From an uncultured Planctomycetaceae bacterium (GTDB lineage Bacteria > Planctomycetota > Planctomycetia > Planctomycetales > Planctomycetaceae), in NCBI GenBank assembly GCA_963813715.1, contig CAWFAK010000007.1, positions 992,001 through 1,056,000 on the forward strand: 64,000 bases of DNA, read 5' to 3'. The notes below the pieces were generated by a model, which searched no databases, was not told the DNA's origin, and saw only the letters and a list, made by a program, of their open reading frames with translations. The stretch's first letter is position 1. The number at the start of each line of letters is the position of its first letter. This document shows positions 54,601 through 64,000 of the stretch, one piece after another. A program made the translations under genes and the position numbers.

Positions 54601-57600
54601 GGCCGGCCAGGCGCTCGGTACGACGCTGCAAATTGCGGTTGAAGACGCGTTTGGCAACGTCGTCACCTCCAATACGTCGACGTTGGCCGTCATTGTGGCC
54701 AGTGGTCCCGGCAGCTTTGCCAGCGGCAGCACAACCTCGGTCGCCGCGGTCAATGGCGTAGCAACCTTCAGCAACCTGGTCTTCGACACGGCCGGCAGCT
54801 ACACGCTGAGCATCTCCGACGGCTCTCTCGCCGGCGCGACTTCGACCAGTTTCACCGTCAGCCCCGGCGCGGCCAGCAGGCTGTTGATCGTCCAGACGCC
54901 GTCGAGCGGAGCAATCAATCAGGCGCTCAGCCCGGCCCCGGAAGTGGTGATCGAGGACCAGTTCGGCAACGTCGTGACCGGCAACACATCGACGGTCACG
55001 ATCGCGATGGCCAGCGGGCCCGGCGCGTTCTCGAGCGGCAGCACGACCTCGGTCGCCGCCGTCAACGGGATGGCCACCTTCAGCAATCTGATGCTCAACA
55101 CCGCGGGCAACTACACCCTGAGCCTGAGCGACGGCTCGCTGACGGGCGCAACCTCGGGCAGCATCACCATCAGCAACGCCTCGACCGCCACTCAGCTGGC
55201 GATCGCCCAGGCGCCGACGTCGGGAACGGCCGGCCAGGCGCTGGGCACGGCCCTCTCGGTTGCGGTGGAGAACGCCGCCGGTACCACGGTCACCTCGAAC
55301 ACTTCGACGGTCACCGTCACGGTGTTGAGCGGACCGGGCGGATTCGCCAGCGGCAGCACCACGTCGGTGGCCGCGGTCAATGGCGTCGCCAGCTTCAGCA
55401 ACCTGATGTTCAACACGGCCGGCACGTATAGGCTGAGCGTCAGCGACGGCTCCCTCACCGGTACCACGACCGGCACGATCACAATCAGCCCGGCCGCGGC
55501 GAGCAAGCTCGCCATCACGCAAACGCCGACGACCGGCACCGCGGGCCAGGCTTTGGGCACGAACCTCACCGTCGCGATCGAAGATGCTTTCGGCAACGTG
55601 GTCATGGGCAACAGCTCGAGCGTGACCGTCGCCCTGACGAGCGGCCCAGCCGGTTTCGCCAGCGGCAGCACGACGTCGGTGGCTGCCGTCAACGGTGTGG
55701 CCACCTTCAGCAACCTGATTTTCAACACGGCCGGCAGCTACACGCTGTCGGTGAGCGGCGCTTCGCTCAGCGGCGCCACGTCCGGCAGCTTCACCGTGAG
55801 CCCGGCGGCGGCGAGCAAACTAGTGGTGAATCAGGCGCCCACCTCGGGAGTGGCCGGCCAGGCCTTGAGCCCGAGCCTGACCGTCTCCGTGGAAGACGCG
55901 TTTGGAAACGTCGTCACCGGGAATAGTTCGACCGTGACGATCGCTTCGGCCGGTCCGGCCCGGCTGGCGAGCAACAGCACTGCGTCGGTCGCCGCCGTGA
56001 ACGGCGTCGCGACGTTTAGCGCGCTTTACCTCGACGCGGCCGGCTCGTACACGCTGGGCGTCAGCGATGGCTCCCTGACGGGCACCACAACAGGCAGCTT
56101 CACCGTGAGCCCGGGCGCGGCGAGCCAGCTCTTCGTCTCGAATACCCCGGGCTCGAACACTGCAGGACAAACGCTGAACCCGGCCGTCACCGTCGCCGTT
56201 CAGGACGCTTACGGCAACGCCATCACGAACAGCACCGCAACCGTCACCCTTGCGGTGGCGAGCGGGCCAGGCAGTTTCGCGAGCGGCAGCACACTTTCCG
56301 TCGCTGCAGTCAACGGAGTCGCCACCTTCAGCAAGCTGACTTTGGATACAGCCGGCAGCTACACGCTGAGTGCGAGCGCCGCGTCACTTTCGAGCGGCAC
56401 CTCGGCAGCGATCACGATCAACGCCGGCGCGGCGACCAAGCTGGCTGTCTCGCAGGCGCCCGCGACCGCGACTGCCGGGGCCGCGCTCAGCGCGGCCGTG
56501 ACCGTCGCCATCGAGGACGCGTTCGGCAACACCGTGAAATCAAGCACGGCCACCGTGACCCTCGCCTTGAGCACGGGTCCGGGGACATTTGCCAGCGGCA
56601 GCACCCTGTCGGTGGCGGCCGTGAACGGCGTGGCCACGTTCAGCAACCTGCTCCTCGACACAGCCGGCAGCTACGTCCTAAAGGCCAGCAGCGGCGCGTT
56701 GACGGCGGCCACGTCGAGCGCGATTACGGTGAGCGGCGCGGCCGCCACCAAGATGGTGATCACGCAATCGCCCACGTCCGGCACAGCCGGCCAGGCCCTG
56801 ACAGTGCAGGTGACACTCGAGGATCAGTTCGGCAACGTTGCCACGTCCAACACGTCGACGGTCAGCATTGCCGCCAGCACGGGCCCGGCTGCGCTGGCGA
56901 ATACCAGCACGACCTCGGTGGCAGCGGTCAACGGCGTTGCCACGTTCAGCAAGGTGATCTTCAACACGGCGGGAACTTACACGGTTAAGGTTGCCGACGG
57001 ATCGTTGGCCGCCGTCACGTCGGGCAACATCACGATCGCGGCGGCCGCGGCCAGCAAGCTTGTCTTCACCCAGACGCCGGCCAGCGCCACGGCCGGCAAG
57101 GCGCTCAGCCCGGCCATCAAAGTGGCGGTGGAAGACGCGTTCGGCAACGTCGTCACCTCCAACACCTCGAAGATCACGCTGGTGGTTAACAGTGGGCCCA
57201 ACGGCTTCACGAGCGGCAGCACCACGACGGTGGCGGCGGTCGCCGGCGTGGCAACTTTCAGCAACCTAGTGGCGACCAACGCGGGCAGCTACGTGATCGG
57301 CGCGAGCGACGGCGCTCTAACCAAAGCCGCGTCGTCGAGCATTACTGTGACTCCGGCGACCGCCAGCAAGTTGGTGATCATCCACACGCCGGGAACGGGA
57401 ACGGCGGGTTCGCCTTTGAGCGCGATGCAAGTCGCCGTCGAAGACCAGTACGGCAACATCGTCACGTCGAACACATCGACGTTGACCGTGACTGTCACTT
57501 CCGGGTCATTCGCGACGGGGAGCGCGACGGCCGTAGCCGCCGTCAATGGCGTCGCCACCTTCGCCAATCTGATCCTGGCGACGAAGGGGACCTATACCCT

Positions 57601-57660
57601 CAAGGTCAGCGACGGGTCCCTGACGGCGGCCACGTCGGGCGCATTCTGGTCGTCGCCTGA
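48683..57660 (+). CDS. Giant (~3000 aa) surface protein: LEPR-XLL-type motif, pectate-lyase-superfamily beta-helix, 23 Ig-like repeats (frameshifts ~52450, ~54245, ~57640)
   Basis: LEGLESRLLLS; FNVKNYGATGNGTTDDTVAIRAAI; repeats KLAxxQxPxxGTAG...VEDxFGN...VNGVATFSNL...AGxYTL. Confidence 0.9.
50515..57660 (+). repeat. 23 tandem intragenic repeats of ~310 bp (~103 aa)
   Basis: Counted by the KLA/QLA-type motif that starts each unit. Confidence 0.88.
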
Positions 57661-57780
57661 GCCCGCCACCAGAAGCGATCGTTGCCTGGCGATCACCTCA
57701 ATAGCGTGCGGCCGTCAAGGCGCAGCCGGCCAACGTCAGGCGCACCACCGAGTCAGCCGCGAAGGAGAGGGTCTGGTGGA

Positions 57781-58535
57781 TTAGGCCGACCGGAAGCGGC
57801 GCCAGCCGCAGACGGGGATCACGCAGCACAGCGCCAGGATTCCCAGCTTGAGCGTCCCCGGCGTGGGAGAGACCAGGAAGCTCTGACCCTGGGTGTAGCC
57901 GGCGGGCTGCGAAGAATCGCCCTGCAAGAACGCGCCGCTCTGGAGTGTCGAGTTGGCGGCGGCCGCCAAGAAGCTCGACACGAGGGAGCTTACGGTGCTC
58001 GCGTTTCCGCTGTCGAGTGAGTAGGAGAATGGGCCGGTCGTGCTGCCGCTGTTGGCCAACTCGGTCCAGATTGCCAGCTGCAGAGCGGCCGCATAGTCGT
58101 TGGCCGCCACATTGTGATACGTGGTCCCATTGACCACCAGAGTGGCATACGTGCCGGTGATCTTGGTCTCGCCGTAGGTCTGGTAGAGGTAGTTGACCTG
58201 GCACCGTTATTCAGGGTCGGCACCGTCGCGGTCTGGGTGACTTCGTATTGCTGACCGTTCGACACATCGTGAAAGAGGTCGACGCAGAACGTCTGAAACG
58301 TCTGAGCCGAGCTTGAACTCAATCCGGCTTGCGTGGTCGCGGCCGTGCCCAGGTATTGTCCGGCGTAGTACTCGCCGCCGTTCTCTCCGCCGGGAGCGTA
58401 ATTGAGCGTCACAATGTCGGCCGATTCAACCGGGCCGAATTGGAACCATTCGGGCGAAGCAAGCAGTCGTTCCGGCGCGGAAGCTCCGAGCACCAGCACG
58501 AGAGGCACAATCAGAGCGATCTTAGTGCGCGACAT
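57781..58535 (-). CDS. PEP-CTERM-like exported protein with PTP variant motif (frameshift ~58200)
   Basis: Signal peptide; TFCVDLFH, AALQLAIW; C-terminus SPTPGTLKLGILALCCVIPVCGWRRFRSA. Confidence 0.75.
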
Positions 58536-58867
58536 TGACGTTGGCCCTTTTGTTTTCTTGCCGCCGGTTGATCCGTCTCGCCACTCGCGAAGTACTGAAC
58601 AACCCTAGTTGCCGACTTGTGCCGGCTCTTCGGCGACGCTCCAGATTGCCAAACCCCGATTAACATGTCAAACCTAAACTGGACAAAACGTATACATTTC
58701 CGGAAATTCGTAACTCTCAGCAAGCATTGACTTTTCGTCAGATCGGCTCGACGCTTGGCGTCCGAACGCTCCGCCCGCTGGATCGCTCTCGGAAAGCAGC
58801 ACGAGATGATACTGAACACACGTTTCCACTGTGCCGCGCCCTGCGGGCTACAGTGCCGAAGGAATGG

Positions 58868-61800
58868 TCAACCGCGGGGCGTTTCCAACTGAACTTTCAG
58901 CTCTTCGAAGGTCGAAGCCTCGAGTCGATTGAGACCCGCCTCAGACAGTCCGCTCGTGAGCGCTCGCTTGAACAACGCGCGGGCATCTTCGAGTTGACCG
59001 TGCAGGATCCGGCGCGGGCCAGATGGAACAAGTGTACGGGGGACGCGCCGTCGCTGACGGCCGCTTGCAAGTCGGCGAGAGCGGCATCCGATTGGCCGGC
59101 CGCCAATTCCACGACCGCCCGAGAATCCAGTAGGCTGGTCCGCGGGCCCGACAGCGCGATGGCCTTGCCGACGAGCAATTGCGCCTCGGGCAAGTCCTTG
59201 TTCCGAAGGGCCAGGAGATAGGCCAGGTTGTTGAGAGCGTCGATTCGCGTCCGGTCATCGAGTGCCAGCGCACGGCGGTAGCTGGCTTCTTCCTCGTCGT
59301 ACTGTTCGAGTCGATCCTGGATCGCGGCCAGCGCCACCCAGACTGAGTAAGTCGGTCGGTGCGACGCAACCTCCCCCAGCGATTGCGCCAGCCGAGTGAG
59401 CAGATCGCGATCGGCCAGCGGCCACGTGGTGAGCGCCATACACGCCTGGTCGCGCTCCGCCGGCGAACCCTGCGCACACAAGCGATCGAATTCCGCGAGC
59501 GCCGCGGCACCACGGTCGCGCCGAATCAGAAATTGCAGATGGTCGGCCGATGCATTCTCTCCACGTCCCCCGGTGTTGCGAATCAACGATTCGGCGCGAG
59601 CAAAGAATCGCTCCGCTTCGGCGAGACGTTTAAGCCGCGTCAGCTGGTCGCCACACTCTTCGAGCCGCCGCGACGTTCCGCGACGTCGCGCCGCTTCGGC
59701 GCTTGGGTCGCTCATTTCCTGGTTCAAGGCGCCGACGATTCGCTCGAAGGCTTCGTCGTAGCGGCCTTGCGCCGCCAGGAGCCGGGCTCGCAGATCGGTC
59801 GTGAGAAAATCGCGCGGAGCCAGCGACTCCAGTCGTCGCAACCAGTCGTCTGCCGCGGCTAGCTCGCGTTCTCCCAGGAGGGCATCGATATAAGCGGTGA
59901 GGTGGCGCGGATCCTCGGAGCGCGCGACCACGTCGCGAAAGACCTGCGACGACTTGACCCATTCACCCCGCGCGCAACAGCCGCGCCATCACGATTCGGT
60001 CGTCGAGCGAGAGGACATTGGGGCGCTCGGCCAATCCGTTGAGCGTTTCGAGCGCTCGGTTTCGGCTCTCCGGAGTGGGGAAGGACGCCTGGATCATTGC
60101 CTTGGCCCGGCGATCGGCATCCGAGGCGGTCGGACTCTGCAGATTCTTCTCGATCAGCTCGAGGGCCTGCACATAGTTGGGATAGGTGCCCGCCGCGGCC
60201 AGCGACAAAGCCAGCGTCCGCCGCGCCCACACGACGTTGGCAGGCTGCTTGGCCCCATCGGGGGACGCCAAAAACTCCTTGAGGAGCGACCGGGCCTGAG
60301 ACGCGCGGCGAGCGCGGAGCTTCGTTTCCACAGCCAACCGACGGATGGGAAAGCGATCGGGCGTAGCCTTGAGCGCAGCGTCGTACGTCTTTTCCGCCTC
60401 CTGCACATTGCCGGCGAGCTGATAGGCATAGCCTTCGATTTCCCACGTGCGCTGCGGATCGATGGCGGACAGCGACTGTTTCAACGTTTTCTCGGCCGTC
60501 TCTTTCTTTCCGCTCGACGAATAAAAGGTGATAAGTGCCAGCCACGGCGAGACTTCTCTTGGCGAAATTTGAATCGCCTTTTGGAATGCGGCTTCGGCTT
60601 CGTTCGCGCGGCCGTTGACCCGCAGCAGCTCGCCCAGCAGGATCGCACTGCGATAGTCCTTGCCAGCCGCGGCGGACTTCCGCGCCAGTGCCAGGGCCCC
60701 CTGCCGGTCGCCCATTTGCACCAGAGCCTGCGAGACAACGCTCGTCAGCTCAGCAGAAAACGGCACTTTTTCGTCGATGAGCTGGCGGACGACCGTTTCG
60801 ATCTTCTCATTTTCCTGCCGATCGACGAGCAGGCCCAGCAGCCGGTTCACGACAACCGGACTGCGCTCACCCAGGTCGAACGCGGCCCGATACCTCTCCA
60901 AGGCCGCGTCCCCTTGGCCGCGAGCGTCGGCGATTTGTGCGGCGAGCAGCGGAATCTTCGGCCAGCTGGGAAACCGGGAGTGGGCTTCGTCCAACTGTGC
61001 GATCGCCTGGTCGAAGAGGGCATCGGACTGAGCCGCCAGCGACTTGTCCGCCTTCAGAGCGGCCTCGTCCTTCAGGCGCTTGGCGAGCTCCGCCGACTGC
61101 AACGCGTGGCCGTAATGAGAATAAGGCCCGTTCTGCTCGAGCGCTTCGACCTCAGTCAGCAACTTCGCCAGATCGTCGAGTTTCTCCCGCTGCGACGCCA
61201 GATCGATCAACAAGAGGCGGATTTGCAAATTGGCCGGCTCGGCGTCGGCGACTTTCCGCCAGAGCCGCTCTGCCACATCGTAGTCGGCGACCGAGAAAGC
61301 CAGGCGGCCGATCGGGAAGAGCAGATCGAGCTGGTCGGACGCCGAGAAACCTGGCGCCTCCGCGAGGGACCGCAACTGATCGATGCGCCAACGCCGTGGC
61401 GACGGACAAGATAACCCGCCCGTGCCAACCGCACAGCCACGCTGTCGCCCAGCTGCCGTTGCATCTCGCTCAAGAACCGCTCGGTGTCGTCCCACCGTTC
61501 CAGGCGCGAGGCGAGCGACGTGAGCGCGGTCCACAGCCGCACGTCTTTGGGCGCCTTGTCGATCGCCGCTCGCAACGTTCGCGTTGCCGCGTCGCTTTGA
61601 TCCTTGCCCAGCTCGACCTCCGCCTCGAGCAGTGCGACGTCGACGGAGAACGGCTGTTTGAGAACTTCGCGCAGCTGCGCGTCGATGACTGTCCAATTCC
61701 GCTCGGCGGGGGGCTGTCCGAGCGTCTTCAGAATCGTGAGCCGCAGCAATTCTGCGTCCGTGTGCGCGGGGGCATCAGGACGCTGCCGCAAGCGACGCAG

Positions 61801-63223
61801 CTCGACAATGGCCTCGTCGACGCGGCCCTGAGCGCCAACGTGTCGGCTAGGCCGACTCGCGCGGGCGTGAATTCTGGATCGACTTCGAGTGCCGCCCGAT
61901 AGGCGCCGACTGTCCAGTCCTCGCGCCCGAGGCGCTATAGCACTGAGCGAGCCGCAGCTGAGCGTCCTTATAAAGCTGGGGCCAGCGTTTGAGTTCCCCT
62001 TCGACGGACTCCAGCTCGTGAGTCGCTTCGGCCCATTTCGACTCGATGATGCGGATGCGCACCGTCAGATAACGGACGATCGGGCGAGCCATTTCGATCG
62101 GACGCAAGCGATCGATCAACGTCTGCGCTTGCTGAATGTCGTTCGTTTCCAGGCGCAGATTCGCCAAAGTCCACAGGAGCGCGGGAGCGCCGTCGGTCGC
62201 TTGCAGGCCGCGGCTCAAGCACTCGCACGCCTCTTTGACGCGCCGTTCGTGCAGCTCGATCGACGCCAGCACGAGATAACACTCGGCATTGGTCGGTTCT
62301 TGGCGCGTAGCCCTGTCGGCGTAGTCGCGAGCCTCTTTCACCGCGCCGGCCGCTAGTGCCGCCTGCGCACCGAGCAGCAACGCCGGGCAACTGGACGGCG
62401 CCAATCGGAGCGCCTCTTTGACGTCCGCGGCGACCGCGTTTTGCAAGGTGTCTTCGCCATGCTGCGAATCGGCGGGGCGGGGCAAAGACCCGGTGGCACC
62501 TTTCCTTGAGGCCGAACTCTGCCGGGCGACGAAGACTTGCCGGATTGACGGATCGTCTGCGTGCGCCTGCAGGAATCGCGCGCGAGTAATGTAGGCCTCG
62601 CTCTTCGCGTGGTTCTGCTTCTCGGCCACCATGTTGGCGAGCACGACGACGGCCGCCTGCCCGTCGCGGAGCCGCTCGGCAATGATCAGCGCCGACTGCT
62701 CGTAAGCCTTGATCGATCCGGGATCCTTCTTGATGGCCGTGGCGTAGGCGTCGACGGCCGGCTGCAGTTGCCCCAAGCCTGCTTGAGCGGCCCCGACCTC
62801 TGACCACAACTCGGCGTCGTCCGGATGCGCCTTCAATAGAAATCCGAGCTGGTAGATCGCGTCCTGATAGCGTTCCGCGCGAATGGACGTGTCGACGAGC
62901 CGGCGCCGCGCCTCCTCGTTGGCGGGATCGCGGAGAATGATTTCGCCGAACCAGGCGTGCGCTTCGCCGAACTGACGATCTTCGTACAGCAGGTTCGCGA
63001 GTCGCAGCATCGCTCGCGTGTCGTCCGGCGACATTTGCAGGTAGGTGCGGAAGAATCCAGCCGCCTCCTGGCTGTTGTGGGCCTGTTTGGCGCGCTCGGC
63101 TTCGCGGAGGAAAGCCGTCGATTGGTGTCCGACCTGATAGGCGTGCAGTCCAGAAATGATGAGACCGCCGACGGCGATCGCCACCACCAAGATCAGCAAG
63201 AGTTTGCTATTCAAACGACGCAT
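58868..63223 (-). CDS. Large TPR-repeat protein with N-terminal anchor (frameshifts ~61915, ~61375, ~59975, ~59010)
   Basis: MRRLNSKLLLILVVAI TM segment; many TPRs; ALNNLAYLLA...LLDSRAVV...FHLA C-terminus. Confidence 0.85.
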
Positions 63224-63329
63224 GGGAAGAGTCTGCTGTCAGCTGCGAAGAGCGAGGGGACTTTGGCTGCAAAGAGCCGCGAGGGCGAAGCCGTTGACGC
63301 CGCGGTCGGCGTGCAGGTTCGCGAGCGCG

Positions 63330-64000
63330 TCACTTCCAAGAACGCAGGGCCTTCGAACCGAATCGGCACACGCCGATGACCAACAAGCAAAGTGCTGCAG
63401 CGACCGCGACAACAGCCGCGGGCGACCGCGGCCAGGGCGTCCCCAGGTCGGGTCTCGAGAGAGGAATGTTTTGCAGGGAAGTCGATATGTCGCGATAGGT
63501 CAAAAACAGTTGAATGGGGTTGGCGAACCTCACCATCCCCACGCAGGCGAGATAGAGTGCGCCGTAGAGTGCCGATCGCTGCAGCCAGGACGTTGATCGC
63601 CGTTCGGCCCACGATGCGACCGGCTCGGCCATTCGGCAGAGTTGGGAGGTGGCTCGCTCTCCCACGGCTCGCCACAAACCGCAGCCGATCATTGCCCCGA
63701 ACTCGAGCGCCAGGACATCTCGAATCGACGGATCCCGGAGCGGAATCCAAAACTGCAGAGTCTCCGCGAGGATAGCCAGCAGTAAGCAGCCCATTGCCAC
63801 TGGGATCATTTCGGTCGCGCGGGCGCACCGTTTGGGCCAGGATGTGCACCAGGCAGCCGACCACAAAAATCCGACGGGGATAAATGCCAGCACGTTGGCA
63901 AACGGGTCGAGCGGCTGCGCAGGATCCCAACGCAACGATGCCCACACGCCCTCGAGGCGCGAGTCGAGGTCGGGAGCGGCAAAGATCCAAGGGATCGTCG
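63330..64000 (-). CDS. VanZ-family membrane protein (starts beyond window)
   Basis: DPFANVLAFIPVGF, AETLQFWIPLRDPSIRDV. Confidence 0.82.
   Translation of the reverse strand, partial: TIPWIFAAPDLDSRLEGVWASLRWDPAQPLDPFANVLAFIPVGFLWSAAWCTSWPKRCARATEMIPVAMGCLLLAILAETLQFWIPLRDPSIRDVLALEFGAMIGCGLWRAVGERATSQLCRMAEPVASWAERRSTSWLQRSALYGALYLACVGMVRFANPIQLFLTYRDISTSLQNIPLSRPDLGTPWPRSPAAVVAVAAALCLLVIGVCRFGSKALRSWK

Overview
GC-rich window that is almost certainly from a Planctomycete: it has a planctomycete-type ECF sigma factor, five eukaryote-like Ser/Thr kinase genes and a LEPR-XLL-type N-terminal motif. Many genes carry 1-2 bp frameshifts that look like uncorrected long-read errors, so I reconstructed genes across frames and those coordinates are approximate. 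Four zones. (1) 1-20.8 kb: probable integrated island ending at a 3'-half copy of tRNA-Arg(TCG) (att-like site). It holds an ECF/kinase module, a PEP-CTERM protein, a beta-propeller protein, a His kinase, Hsp20, chimeric gene fragments and a sigma-like gene behind a terminator/antiterminator leader. (2) 21-32.5 kb: two convergent RiPP-like modules between two kinases. One is a 9-Cys peptide plus an orphan PatA/PatG-type protease. The other is a Lys-rich small protein, an RRE-like protein and a radical SAM/SPASM enzyme, with a second Trp-rich paralog of the small protein about 3 kb away. This zone is the best candidate for an undescribed system. (3) 32.6-44.5 kb: amidase, ABC module, AhpD-like protein, SPFH protein and two exported unknowns. 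(4) 44.5-64 kb: EPS/surface locus with a Wza-like exporter, a NusG paralog, a ~3000-aa beta-helix adhesin with 23 Ig-like repeats, a PEP-CTERM-like protein, a giant TPR protein and a VanZ-like protein. All family assignments are by motif recognition only; no searches were run.
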